Position numbers and translations under genes: made by a program. DNA of 64,000 bases, from contig OY762911.1 of assembly GCA_963666565.1 (NCBI GenBank), positions 3,616,001-3,680,000 of the forward strand. The letters run 5' to 3'. The notes beneath the pieces were generated by a model. That model made no database searches. It saw only the letters and a list, made by a program, of their open reading frames with translations, and was not told where the DNA came from. This document shows positions 9,803 through 19,093 of this stretch, piece by piece; positions within the stretch are counted from its first letter, which is position 1, and each line of letters opens with the position of its first letter. The DNA comes from Thermoanaerobaculia bacterium (GTDB taxonomy: Bacteria > Acidobacteriota > Thermoanaerobaculia > Multivoradales > Multivoraceae).

Positions 9803-9932
9803 TTTCGACCTTCCACAGCCTTCGACCCGCCCTTCGCCTTCGACCGTCCCGTCAATCTTCGACCCGCCCGTCACCTTCGAATCGCTCTTCGCCTTCGACC
9901 CGGAAGGCGCCTTCGACCAGGAGAACTCGACC
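9803..9932 (+). repeat. degenerate ~18-bp tandem array with (C)TTCGAC core
   Basis: TTCGA(C) cores at 9804, 9821, 9839, 9858, 9876, 9894, 9912 and a partial copy at ~9927. Confidence 0.8.
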
Positions 9933-9935
9933 GCC

Positions 9936-10805
9936 ATGTCCTATGAACCGCCCAAGGTCTGGAAGTGGGACGCCGAAAGCGGCGGCCGCTTCGCCAAGAT
10001 CAACCGCCCCATCGCCGGCCCCACGCACGAGAAGGAACTGCCGGTCGGGGAACACCCCTTCCAGCTCTACTCGCTGGCCACGCCCAACGGAGTCAAGGTC
10101 ACCGTGATGTTCGAGGAACTGCTCGCCCTCGGCCACACCGGCGCCGAGTACGATGCGTACCTCGTCAACATCGGCGAGGGCAACCAGTTCTCGAGCGGCT
10201 TCGTCGCGGTCAACCCGAACTCGAAGATCCCGGCGCTCGTCGACCGCGGCACGGACCCGCCGACGCGGGTGTTCGAGTCCGGCGCCATCCTCCTCTACCT
10301 GGCCGAGAAGTTCGGCGAGTTCCTGCCCGAGGACCACGCCGCCCGCACCGAGTGCCTGTGCTGGCTGTTCTGGCAGATGGGCAGCGCCCCGTACCTCGGC
10401 GGCGGCTTCGGCCACTTCTACGCCTACGCCCCCGAGAAGCTCGAGTACCCGATCAACCGCTTCACGATGGAGGTCAAGCGCCAGCTCGACGTGCTGGACC
10501 GCCACCTGGCCGAGTCCGAGTACATGGCCGGCGACGAGTACTCGATCGCCGACATGGCGATCTGGCCCTGGTACGGCGCGCTCGCCGCCGGCAAGCTCTA
10601 CGGTTCCGCCGAGTTCATCGAGGCCCACACCTACGAGCACGTGAACCGCTGGTCGAGCCGGATCGCCCGGCGCCCCGCGGTCAAGCGCGGGCAGATGGTG
10701 AACCGGGCCTTCGGCCCGCCGGAGAAGCAGCTACGCGAGCGCCACGCCGCCAGCGACTTCGAGACGAGGACCCAGGACAAGCTGGAGCCGGCCGAAGACG
10801 ACTGA
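9936..10805 (+). CDS. yghU: glutathione-dependent disulfide-bond oxidoreductase (GST Nu class)
   Basis: YEPPKVWKW...INRPIAG, LYSLATPNGVK, NPNSKIPAL, FESGAILLYLAEKF, ERHAASDF. Confidence 0.93.
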   Translation: MSYEPPKVWKWDAESGGRFAKINRPIAGPTHEKELPVGEHPFQLYSLATPNGVKVTVMFEELLALGHTGAEYDAYLVNIGEGNQFSSGFVAVNPNSKIPALVDRGTDPPTRVFESGAILLYLAEKFGEFLPEDHAARTECLCWLFWQMGSAPYLGGGFGHFYAYAPEKLEYPINRFTMEVKRQLDVLDRHLAESEYMAGDEYSIADMAIWPWYGALAAGKLYGSAEFIEAHTYEHVNRWSSRIARRPAVKRGQMVNRAFGPPEKQLRERHAASDFETRTQDKLEPAEDD

Positions 10806-10842
10806 GGCGACATATCTCGGAGACAGCGTTTCGGGCGCGCCG

Positions 10843-10865
10843 GGTGCGCGGGTCTTCCGACCCGC
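10843..10865 (-). repeat. REP-like palindromic element (family A)
   Basis: GGTGCGCGGGTCTTCCGACCCGC between convergent genes. Confidence 0.75.
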
Positions 10866-10913
10866 CCGCCGGTGCTCCAGGGGACGGGTGCGACCGACGC
10901 CGAACCGGCGCGA

Positions 10914-11537
10914 CTACGCCCAGCCGAGCGCCCGGGCCCGATGCACGATCTGGTCCGCGGCGCCCTCGAAACCGAGACGCTCCGTGTTCAGGACGAGGTC
11001 GTAGTGGCGCGGATCGTCGCAGTCGCGGGCGTAGTATTCGCGGTGGTAGCGGATCCGGTTCGCGTCGCGCCGGGCCACCACGGCGTCCGCGTCCCGCTCG
11101 GGCACGCCGATCCCCTCGACCGCCACTCCGCGCCGGAACCCGGCGCCCGCCACGAGGCGCGCGTGCAGCGCGTCCTCGCGCCAGGCGAGAACCGCCGCCG
11201 AGGCGCGTCCCACGAACACGCACGGCCCCTCCCCCGCCATCTCGCAGACCACGCTGCGCGTGACGCGCACCAGGTTTCCCTCGCCGATCGGCTGGCCGAC
11301 CGTCTGCGCCGGCAGGAACAGGTCGGGAAGCTGGGCGCTGGCGACCCGGGCCAGCCGCTCGATGAACGCGGGCGGCCGGTCCTCGCGGGCCTGGACCTCT
11401 TCCGGCGGCACGCCGGCGCGCTCCGCCACCTCATCGATCAGCGCGTTGCCGACGAGCCGCCATCCGAGCTGCCGGGCCACCAGTTTCGCCACCTGGGTGC
11501 CGCCGGACGCGTACTGCCTGGAGATCGTGATCAGCAT
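10914..11537 (-). CDS. cytidylate kinase-like family protein
   Basis: MLITISRQYASGG, CVFVGRAS, RDANRIRYHREYY...PRHYDLVLNT; start moved to ATG 11537. Confidence 0.88.
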   Translation of the reverse strand: MLITISRQYASGGTQVAKLVARQLGWRLVGNALIDEVAERAGVPPEEVQAREDRPPAFIERLARVASAQLPDLFLPAQTVGQPIGEGNLVRVTRSVVCEMAGEGPCVFVGRASAAVLAWREDALHARLVAGAGFRRGVAVEGIGVPERDADAVVARRDANRIRYHREYYARDCDDPRHYDLVLNTERLGFEGAADQIVHRARALGWA

Positions 11538-11568
11538 CCGAGTCCTCCCTCTCGCTCCCACTCCCCCG

Positions 11569-12990
11569 TCAGGAATCCGGGTGGCGCGGTCCGCGCCACC
11601 CGCGAACCGCTTCCCGCGCCCGTCCCCCGACGCGCGGGACGGCAAGCGGTTCGCGGCGAACCGCGGCCGAATCCGCCGAGCCGCCGCGCTCGCGAGACGC
11701 GTCGGCCACGATCGCCTCGCGAAACGCCTTCACGATCGACAGGTCCATCCGCCGCAGGTCCGGACTCGCCAGGTAGAACACGACCGCCACAACCACGGCG
11801 AGCAGCGAGGCCAGCCCCACCGAGAGGGGCGCGCCCCAGACCTCGGCGAGCGCGCTGATCGGCACCGCGCCCAGCATCGGCAGGGAGAAGGACATGGTCA
11901 GAAAGCCCGAGACCCGGCCGCGCACCGAGTCCGGAATCAGCACGTGGATCGCCGTGTTGTTCAGCGTGCTGTAGATCGCCTGGAAAGCGCTGCCGGCGAG
12001 CAGCAGGGGCAGGCCCAGCCAGAACCAGGGACTGAGCGCGAAGCCCATCATCAGCAGGCCGAACGCGAACACGCTGGCCATCATCAGCCGCAGCCGGCGG
12101 GCCGAGTTGCTGCGCCAGGCCACGAAGGCCGCGCCCACGACGCCGCCGACGCCGGACGCGCCGCTCAGCAGGCCGAAGCCGCGCGGCCCGACCTCCCAGA
12201 TCTCCTCGGCGAACACGACCAGGAGGGTCTGGAACGGCATGACCAGGAACATGGGCACGAGGCCGAAGAACAGGAGCACCAGGACCAGACGGTTCTCACG
12301 CACGTAGCGGAATCCCTCCGCCATGTTCTGCAGAAGCGAACTCTCGGCGCGGTCCGCCACCGGCGCCCGGCGTACCGCCATCATTCCCGCGAGGGCCAGC
12401 GCGTAGAGAGCGATGTTGAGCGAGTAGGACGCCGTCACGCCGGCGACGGCGATCAGCGCCCCGGCCACCGCCGGTCCGACGACCCGGGTGACGTTCATCG
12501 CCGTCATCGTCAGCGCCATCGCGCCCGTCAACCGGCGGCGACCGACGACGTTCGCGATGATCGCGTTGCGTGCCGGCATGACGAACGGGAAGACGGCGCC
12601 GACGAACGTCACCTGAACCAGGATGTGCCAGAACTCCAGCCGGCCGCCCAGGAGCAGCGACAGAACGACGATCTCCGCCACCAGAACCGTGGTCTGGCCG
12701 GCCATCACCAGCGACCGCCGCTCGAACCGGTCCGCGACGACGCCTCCGACCGGCCCCAGGCCGAGCATGGACAGAGCGACCATCAAGGTCACCAGCCCGA
12801 GCGCCAGTTCGCGGCCGGTGATCGAGAAGACGAGCCACGCGCGCACGACCAACTGGCCCTGCATGGCGAGGAAGAACGTCGTGTTCGAGATGTACAGCCA
12901 GCGGAACTGGCGTTCCCGGAAGAGGCCCGCCAGACCGCCGCGGCCCGGCTGCGGCGGCCCCGGCGCCCGGGGGAACTGCTGGACGGTCAT
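11569..12990 (-). CDS. MFS transporter (MFS_3/DHA3-like)
   Basis: About 12 hydrophobic segments, GGVVADRFERR motif A, PDSVRGRV; start moved to ATG 12990. Confidence 0.88.
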   Translation of the reverse strand: MTVQQFPRAPGPPQPGRGGLAGLFRERQFRWLYISNTTFFLAMQGQLVVRAWLVFSITGRELALGLVTLMVALSMLGLGPVGGVVADRFERRSLVMAGQTTVLVAEIVVLSLLLGGRLEFWHILVQVTFVGAVFPFVMPARNAIIANVVGRRRLTGAMALTMTAMNVTRVVGPAVAGALIAVAGVTASYSLNIALYALALAGMMAVRRAPVADRAESSLLQNMAEGFRYVRENRLVLVLLFFGLVPMFLVMPFQTLLVVFAEEIWEVGPRGFGLLSGASGVGGVVGAAFVAWRSNSARRLRLMMASVFAFGLLMMGFALSPWFWLGLPLLLAGSAFQAIYSTLNNTAIHVLIPDSVRGRVSGFLTMSFSLPMLGAVPISALAEVWGAPLSVGLASLLAVVVAVVFYLASPDLRRMDLSIVKAFREAIVADASRERGGSADSAAVRREPLAVPRVGGRAREAVRGWRGPRHPDS

Positions 12991-13017
12991 CGGCTGAGAA
13001 CTCACGAGGCGGAAACC

Positions 13018-13041
13018 GGGTGCGCCGCCGTCCCCGCCGGC
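13018..13041 (+). repeat. REP-like palindromic element (family B)
   Basis: GGGTGCGCCGCCGTCCCCGCCGGC; related copies at 15704, 23787, 26935. Confidence 0.7.
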
Positions 13042-13230
13042 ATTCGGCGCGAAGCGCCGGCTTCCGGACGTGCTGCCGCGCCCGGCAGGACTATCACGGA
13101 GAGGCCGACCAGGGCTGGGCCGCGCGCTGCCGCCGCCAAACCTGTCGCAAGCTCCGGGTCTGGCCCCAGCCCCCATCTCTCCAGCAGCGTGCGCCGCGGA
13201 ACTCGCTCCGCTGCGTTACACGGCGCACGT

Positions 13231-13239
13231 TGCTAGACT
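13231..13239 (+). promoter_or_regulatory. extended -10 element upstream of tRNA
   Basis: TG-C-TAGACT followed by a GC-rich discriminator, ~40 bp before the tRNA. Confidence 0.45.
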
Positions 13240-13280
13240 CCGGCGTCCTCGCGCCGGGACCGGCCCCCTCGCGCGGCGAT

Positions 13281-13355
13281 GCCGACGTAGCTCAGTGGCA
13301 GAGCAGCTGATTCGTAATCAGCAGGTCAGCGGTTCAAATCCGCTCGTCGGCTCCA
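13281..13355 (+). tRNA. tRNA-Thr(CGT)
   Basis: Acceptor GCCGACG/CGTCGGC, D-arm GCTCAGTGGCAGAGC, anticodon arm GCTGA-TTCGTAA-TCAGC, T-loop GGTTCAAATCC, encoded CCA. Confidence 0.97.
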
Positions 13356-13510
13356 CTTTCCGGTCGATCTCCAAAGCTCCGCGCAGCCCATGAGCCACCC
13401 TCGCGTTCGCCCTCTGCGCGAAACGCTCAAGGGCGACTGTCGCACCCGCGGCCCCCGCCGGGCCCGGCTCCTGTGCGCGTCGGCCGCGACCGTACCCGGC
13501 CGGTCTCCCG

Positions 13511-13539
13511 TTGACACGCCGACCTCGGACGCTTAGGTT
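13511..13539 (+). promoter_or_regulatory. sigma70-type promoter of the PQQ dehydrogenase
   Basis: TTGACA-17 bp-TAGGTT, 26 bp upstream of ATG 13566. Confidence 0.65.
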
Positions 13540-13565
13540 GCCCGCGAACACCGAGGATCTTCAAG

Positions 13566-15689
13566 ATGAGCGAACCGACTGGACGCGCGCCGTGGGCGCC
13601 GACCACCCTCTCCGTCCTTCTCCTGCTGACGGCCGCCTGCGGCGGCGATGGCGCCGGCTCGGACACGGCGCCAACCGCCGGCAACGTCGACGACGAGCGC
13701 ATCATGCGCGCGGCCGAGGACGAGCCCGGAAGCTGGCTGACTTACGGCCAGACCTACAAGGAGCAGCGCTTCTCCACCCTCGACCAGATCACCCGCGAGA
13801 ACGTCGGGAATCTGAAGCTCGCCTGGTCCAAGCCGATCGGCGGCCGCTCCGAGCGGATGCAGGGCACGCCGCTGGTCGTCGACGGGGTCATGTACGCGAC
13901 GAACGGCTGGGGCGTGATCTATGCGCTGGACCCGGCCACCGGAGAGGAGATCTGGACGTACGACCCGCAGACGGACCGCACCTACGTGAAGTACTCCTGC
14001 TGCGGCGGCGTGGCGAACCGCGGCGTTGCGGTCTACAGGGGCAACGTCTACGTCGCCCTGTTCGACGGCCGGCTCGTGGCGGTCGACGCGGCGACCGGCG
14101 AGGAGGTCTGGGACGTCGACACATGGCATCCCTCGGCGCTCGGTCGCTTCAACATCACGGGAGCGCCCCGCGCCGCGGCGGGCAAGGTGTTCATCGGCCA
14201 GGGCAGCTCCGAAAGCGGCAAGCGGCGCGGCTACGTCTCCGCCTACGACGCCGAGACCGGCGAGCTCGCCTGGCGCTTCTACCTCGTACCCGGCGACCCG
14301 TCCCAGCCGTTCGAGCACCCCGAGATGGAGATGGCAGCGAAGACCTGGGGCGGGGAGTGGTGGAAGATGGGTGGCGGCGGCACCGCCTGGAACTCGCTCG
14401 TCTACGACGAGGAGCTGAACCTGCTCTACATCGGCGTCGGCAACGGCGCGCCCTGGTCGCGCCAGGTCCGCTCACCTGGCGGCGGCGACGACCTCTTCCT
14501 GACCGCGATCGTCGCGGTCGACGCCGACACCGCCGAGATGAAGTGGTACTACCAGACGGTTCCGGGCGACAACTGGGACTACAGCTCGGCGATGGACATC
14601 GCCCTCGGCGAAATGACCGTCGACGGTGTCGACCGCAAGGTCCTGCTCCAGGCGCCGAAGAACGGCTTCTTCTACGTGATCGACCGCGAGACCGGAGAAC
14701 TCCTGCGCGCCCACCCCTATACCGACAGGATCGACTGGGCCACCCACGTCGACATGGAGACCGGGCGTCCGATCGAGAACATGGATGTGGTCTTCGAAGA
14801 GAAGCCCCAGTGGATCACGCCCGCGAACGCCGGCGCGCACAACTGGGAGCCCATGTCCTGGGACGAGGACAAGGGCGTCATGTACTTCTACTACCACGAC
14901 TACGCGAACTTCTACGCCCTGCCCGAGGAGTTCGTGGAAACCGGGACCTACACGATCCGGCCGTGGGGACTGAGCCTTGGCGTCGCCAGCGGCGCCTACC
15001 GCGCAAAGCTGGAACAGGACGCCGGCCCACGGCCCGAGGACAGGGGCTTCCTCGTCGCCTTCGACCCGCTTTCCGGCGAGAAAGTCTGGGAGAACCGGCT
15101 GCCCTCGGCCTTCAACGGAGGCGTTCTCGCAACGTCCACCGGCGTGCTGTTCCACTGCGGCGGCGGTGGCGACTTCAACGCCTACGACAAGGACACGGGC
15201 GAAAAGCTCTGGGAGTTCGACGCCTACGGCCAGTTCTCCTCGTCGATCGTCAGCTACATGGAGGGCGGCACGCAGTACGTCGCGACGATGGTCGGCGGCG
15301 GTCGCGGGTACGACCGGCCAGGCGAGCTGCTCGTCTTCTCGCTCGACGGCGAAGCGACCCTGGCCGAGCCGCCCGAACGGGACTTCTCCATCCCGGAACA
15401 GCCGCCCCTCGTCGCCGGCGCCGAGACGATCGACCGCGGCAACACGCTGTACCACGAGCACTGCGCGCTCTGCCACCGCGGCCTCGGCCAGACCTCGATC
15501 GTCGCCTCCGCCTCGCCCGACCTGCGCTTCATGTCGCCCGCGGTCCACGACGACTTTATGGCGATCGTCCAGGACGGCCTGCTGCCGCTCGGCATGCCCG
15601 GCTACGCCGAGCTCTTCGACGAGGAGGCGACGACCGCGATCCACCAGTTCGTCATCTCGAAGGCGCTGGAACTGCGGGACGCCCGGTAG
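13566..15689 (+). CDS. quinohemoprotein (type II) PQQ-dependent alcohol dehydrogenase, lipoprotein
   Basis: Lipobox TAAC; vicinal CC in SCCGGVANRG; GGGTAW, DNWDY, QAPKNGFFYV, GAHNW; C-terminal CALCH heme c site and distal Met (GMPG). Confidence 0.93.
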   Translation: MSEPTGRAPWAPTTLSVLLLLTAACGGDGAGSDTAPTAGNVDDERIMRAAEDEPGSWLTYGQTYKEQRFSTLDQITRENVGNLKLAWSKPIGGRSERMQGTPLVVDGVMYATNGWGVIYALDPATGEEIWTYDPQTDRTYVKYSCCGGVANRGVAVYRGNVYVALFDGRLVAVDAATGEEVWDVDTWHPSALGRFNITGAPRAAAGKVFIGQGSSESGKRRGYVSAYDAETGELAWRFYLVPGDPSQPFEHPEMEMAAKTWGGEWWKMGGGGTAWNSLVYDEELNLLYIGVGNGAPWSRQVRSPGGGDDLFLTAIVAVDADTAEMKWYYQTVPGDNWDYSSAMDIALGEMTVDGVDRKVLLQAPKNGFFYVIDRETGELLRAHPYTDRIDWATHVDMETGRPIENMDVVFEEKPQWITPANAGAHNWEPMSWDEDKGVMYFYYHDYANFYALPEEFVETGTYTIRPWGLSLGVASGAYRAKLEQDAGPRPEDRGFLVAFDPLSGEKVWENRLPSAFNGGVLATSTGVLFHCGGGGDFNAYDKDTGEKLWEFDAYGQFSSSIVSYMEGGTQYVATMVGGGRGYDRPGELLVFSLDGEATLAEPPERDFSIPEQPPLVAGAETIDRGNTLYHEHCALCHRGLGQTSIVASASPDLRFMSPAVHDDFMAIVQDGLLPLGMPGYAELFDEEATTAIHQFVISKALELRDAR

Positions 15690-15703
15690 CCCAGTCGGCC
15701 ACC

Positions 15704-15727
15704 GGGTGCGCCGGCGCCCCCGCCGGC
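15704..15727 (+). repeat. REP-like palindromic element (family B)
   Basis: GGGTGCGCCGGCGCCCCCGCCGGC just after the stop codon of the PQQ gene. Confidence 0.7.
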
Positions 15728-15770
15728 ATCCGGGCGAGCCGCGAAGCGTCGAGCCGTACACTCAGGCCCA

Positions 15771-16703
15771 ATGAACCTCGTCCTCGACTGCGATCCGGGC
15801 CTGGACGACGCCGTCGCGATCCTGGTCGCCGCGCACTACGCCGACCTGATCGGCATCACGACGGTCGCCGGCAACGTCGGGATCAACCGCACGACCCGGA
15901 ACGCGCTCGCGGTCGCGCAGATCGCCGGCCTGGACGTGCCGGTCCATCGCGGCGCCGGGATGCCCCTCGCCGGGGAGGCCGCGGACGGCAGCCGGATTCA
16001 CGGCGAGACCGGTCTGGGCAACGCGGTTCTGCCCGACCTGACCCGGTCCGAAGCCTCGGACGACGCGGTCGGCTACCTCTGCGACATCGCCCGCTCGGTC
16101 GACGACCTGCATCTCCTGGCCATCGGCCCGCTGACGAACGTCGCGCTGGCGCTCGAGCGAGATGCCGACCTCCGCAGCCACCTGGCTGGCCTGACCATCA
16201 TGGGCGGCAGCGCGGGCGCCGGCAACATCACGTCCGTCGCCGAGTTCAACGTCTGGGCCGACCCGGAGGCCGCGGCGGCCGTCTTCGAGAAGGCCGCGCC
16301 CGTGACCATGGTCGGCCTGGACGTGACGAGCACGGTGCTCTTCGGCGGCGAAGAGACCGCGAGGATGCGCACCGCGGGAACGCCGGCGGCCAACCTCGCC
16401 GCCGCTGTCGCCGACTTCCTCCGCGACCGCTTCCGGCAGTACGTCGGACAATCGGTCGTTCCGCTGCACGACGCGACCGCCGTCGTCGCTGTGACGCATC
16501 CTCATCTGTTCGAGCGTTCGCGCCATCCGGTCGCGGTCGAGGTGCAAGGCGAGATCACCCGCGGCATGACCGTCGCCGACCTGCGGCCGCCGGCTCTGAT
16601 CGAAGCGATCGGCCCCGCCGGCGTGCCAGCAAGCGACGTCGTCTGGGACGCCGAGGTCGACGCCGCCAGGGAGCTGATCGTCGAAGCAGTGCTGGCCTCT
16701 TAG
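15771..16703 (+). CDS. nucleoside hydrolase (inosine-uridine preferring family)
   Basis: DCDPGLDDA, IHGETGLG, GPLTNVA, AEFNVWADPEAA, PLHDA. Confidence 0.93.
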   Translation: MNLVLDCDPGLDDAVAILVAAHYADLIGITTVAGNVGINRTTRNALAVAQIAGLDVPVHRGAGMPLAGEAADGSRIHGETGLGNAVLPDLTRSEASDDAVGYLCDIARSVDDLHLLAIGPLTNVALALERDADLRSHLAGLTIMGGSAGAGNITSVAEFNVWADPEAAAAVFEKAAPVTMVGLDVTSTVLFGGEETARMRTAGTPAANLAAAVADFLRDRFRQYVGQSVVPLHDATAVVAVTHPHLFERSRHPVAVEVQGEITRGMTVADLRPPALIEAIGPAGVPASDVVWDAEVDAARELIVEAVLAS

Positions 16704-16757
16704 GAGTGTTCGCAGCGAGTCCGCTGCGCTGTCGCGCATGGAACGGCCCGTCCGCTG

Positions 16758-16780
16758 GGTGCGCGGGTCTTCCGACCCGC
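16758..16780 (-). repeat. REP-like palindromic element (family A)
   Basis: GGTGCGCGGGTCTTCCGACCCGC, identical to the 10843 copy, between convergent genes. Confidence 0.75.
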
Positions 16781-16904
16781 TCACGGGCGGGGCCGCGGAG
16801 CGGCGCAGCCCGCACGAAAGAGCCGCCGGCCAGAGACCGGCGACCGCACCACCCGAGGCCGGCTCCGCTCTGACAGAGCTCCAACAGGCTTGGCGGCGCT
16901 GACG

Positions 16905-18335
16905 CTAACGGTCGGCCAGACGCTCCGCCCGCTGGTCCATGTCGTTCTGGTGCAGCACCAGGTGATCCACCGAACCGTCCTTGCCGCGCCCGAACGTGAT
17001 CTGCGCGTCCACAACGCGGTAGAAGTACTTCGTCCCGGATTCGGGAAACACCTCGAAGCGCGGCTGCCCGGTGAGCTGGACGAACAGCCGGTCGCCCTCG
17101 CGGGTCACCGTGAAGACGACGTTCTCGGCGAGCTGATAGCGGCCGACGTAGTCGTCGTAGACCGCCGGATCAACCTCGACAGCCGTCCGGAGCGCCGGAG
17201 GCACGACCAGCCGATAACGCGAGTCCAGCAGGTGGAACCCCAGGTCGTCCACACTGTCGCCGGAGTTCGACAGCACGACGACGCCGGTCCGCGATTCGAG
17301 GTCGAAGCCGAGAAAGGAGCGGTAACCGCCGGTGCCGCCGTTGTGCCAGTGGAGTTCCCGGCCATGACCGCTGCGGATGACCCACCCGAGTCCGATTCGC
17401 ATGCCAGGCGCCCCGAAGTCGCGCCGCGGCTCGTGAGCCGCCGCCATCGCCTTCCGCACCCGCGAGTCGGACACGTCGTCGCCCACGGCCTCCGCCGGCT
17501 GCCGGTCCGCCGCGAGATTCGCTTCCACGAAAGTCAGCATTTCGTTGACCGTGGACCGCAGCGCCCCCGCGCCCGCGAGGGTCGGCAGATCCCAGTTCGC
17601 GACCGGCCTGAGCTGAACGCTGTGGCCGATCGCCAGCCGTTCCCGCTGCGACGGCGACAGGACGATCGAGGTGTCCGACATCCCGAGCGGCTCGAGTAGC
17701 CGCTCGGACACCAGGCTCTCGTAGTCCGTCTCCTGGCTCAGAGCCAGAGCGTGGCCCAGAAGACCGGTGCCGAGATTCGAGTATTCGACCTCCGCTCCAA
17801 TGTCCCGCTCCAGCTCGTGAGATGCGAGGAACTCGTAGAGCTGAGCGACCGTGTAGTCGGCGTAGGGATTCCCCGCATCGGCCGGCCGAAAGTTGTTCGG
17901 CATGCGCGGCAGACCAGAGCTGTGCGTCGTCAGGTGCAGCAACGTGATCTCCGCGCCGTTCCGCGTCGGCACGGCGACGTCCGGCCCGAGCAGACGCTGC
18001 ACCGGCGTCTCGAGATCGAGGGCGCCCTCACCCGCCAGGTCCGCCAGCAAGATCGCCGTGAACACCTTGGTGATCGAACCGATCTCGAACACCGTGTCGC
18101 CGTCCACTTCGGTCGGGTCGTCAGTCGCAAGCTGACCATGGGCGACCACCCGCCGGCCTCCTGGTTCGACAACACCGACCACGATGCCGACGCTCCGTTT
18201 CTGCTCGTCGATCCGGTTCACCAGGATCTGGCGAATCTCGTCGTCGTCTGGGATCGCGGCTCCCTCCTGAACCGCGAAGCAGACCGCGGACACCGTAAGG
18301 AGTCCGAAGAAGAAGGCGTTGAATCGTCTGGTCAT
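16905..18335 (-). CDS. secreted serine hydrolase (class C beta-lactamase/PBP family) with C-terminal DUF3471-like domain
   Basis: SxxK (GSITK), YSN, WHNGGTGG; signal peptide. Confidence 0.9.
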   Translation of the reverse strand: MTRRFNAFFFGLLTVSAVCFAVQEGAAIPDDDEIRQILVNRIDEQKRSVGIVVGVVEPGGRRVVAHGQLATDDPTEVDGDTVFEIGSITKVFTAILLADLAGEGALDLETPVQRLLGPDVAVPTRNGAEITLLHLTTHSSGLPRMPNNFRPADAGNPYADYTVAQLYEFLASHELERDIGAEVEYSNLGTGLLGHALALSQETDYESLVSERLLEPLGMSDTSIVLSPSQRERLAIGHSVQLRPVANWDLPTLAGAGALRSTVNEMLTFVEANLAADRQPAEAVGDDVSDSRVRKAMAAAHEPRRDFGAPGMRIGLGWVIRSGHGRELHWHNGGTGGYRSFLGFDLESRTGVVVLSNSGDSVDDLGFHLLDSRYRLVVPPALRTAVEVDPAVYDDYVGRYQLAENVVFTVTREGDRLFVQLTGQPRFEVFPESGTKYFYRVVDAQITFGRGKDGSVDHLVLHQNDMDQRAERLADR

Positions 18336-18435
18336 CCGGAAACCTCCCCTGTCTGGTGGCGCGGAGTGGAACTCGCCAGCCCGGCCATACTGCTATACGC
18401 ACGCCGCGGAGCTTTGATCCGTATCATCTGATCCC

Positions 18436-19065
18436 ATGTGCGGCCGCTACACGCTCCGCTCGAAGGCTCGATCGGTAGCCGCCCACTTCGAGCTGAACGA
18501 ACTGCCGGACCTCGAACCCACATACAACATCGCGCCGACCCAGGACGTGGCTGTGGTCGCACTGAACCGCGAAGGCCGACGCACGCTCGGCACCATGCGC
18601 TGGGGCTTCCCGAGAAAACGCGGTGGACCCCAGATCAACCTCCGGGACGACACCGCGGTGGAAGCGTCCAGGTTCCGGAACCTCCTCAGCCGCCGCCGTT
18701 GCCTCGTCATCGCCGACGGCTGGTACGAGTGGCAAGTGCAGCCGGAAGGCTCCAGGCTGCCTCACTACATCCGTCTGCCGGGCGGCGGTCCCTCCGGTTT
18801 CGCCGGCGTCTGGAACCGGACACCCGACGGTCTGGCCTGCACGATCATGACCTGCCCCGCCAGCGAGCCGATCGCCCCGATCCACAACCGGATGCCTGTC
18901 ATCGCCCAACCGCCGTACGAGCAGTGGCTGGACGGCCCGCTGCAGGATCCCGATACCCTGGGAGACCAGCTTGAGACCTACACCGGCGAACTCGAGTTCT
19001 TCCCCGTCTCGACGCGAGTCGGCAGCTACAAGAACGACGACGCGTCGCTGATCGAGCCCATCTGA
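18436..19065 (+). CDS. SRAP/HMCES (YedK-like) abasic-site protecting protein
   Basis: N-terminal MCGRY, YNIAPTQ, ADGWYEW, IHNRMPVI. Confidence 0.93.
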   Translation: MCGRYTLRSKARSVAAHFELNELPDLEPTYNIAPTQDVAVVALNREGRRTLGTMRWGFPRKRGGPQINLRDDTAVEASRFRNLLSRRRCLVIADGWYEWQVQPEGSRLPHYIRLPGGGPSGFAGVWNRTPDGLACTIMTCPASEPIAPIHNRMPVIAQPPYEQWLDGPLQDPDTLGDQLETYTGELEFFPVSTRVGSYKNDDASLIEPI

Positions 19066-19093
19066 CCAACGAGAACGCCCGCGCCCAAGACCC

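Noticed and set aside
9803-9932. CRISPR array interpretation of the CTTCGAC repeats
   Set aside because: Conserved core is only 6-7 bp with an ~18-bp period, and no cas genes are present in the window
13281-13355. tRNA-Thr as an integration site for an island
   Set aside because: I found no duplicated tRNA 3' end and no integrase in the window; flanking genes look like ordinary chromosomal genes
14570-14600. Lanthanide-dependent PQQ dehydrogenase
   Set aside because: Active-site motif reads WDYSS, lacking the extra Asp (D-x-D) of XoxF/ExaF/PedH, so Ca2+ dependence is more likely
16905-18335. Bona fide antibiotic-resistance beta-lactamase
   Set aside because: HNG replaces the KTG triad and there is a DUF3471-like tail, typical of general serine hydrolases/peptidases
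18340-18435. LexA/SOS box upstream of the SRAP gene
   Set aside because: No convincing palindrome matching a LexA motif that I know
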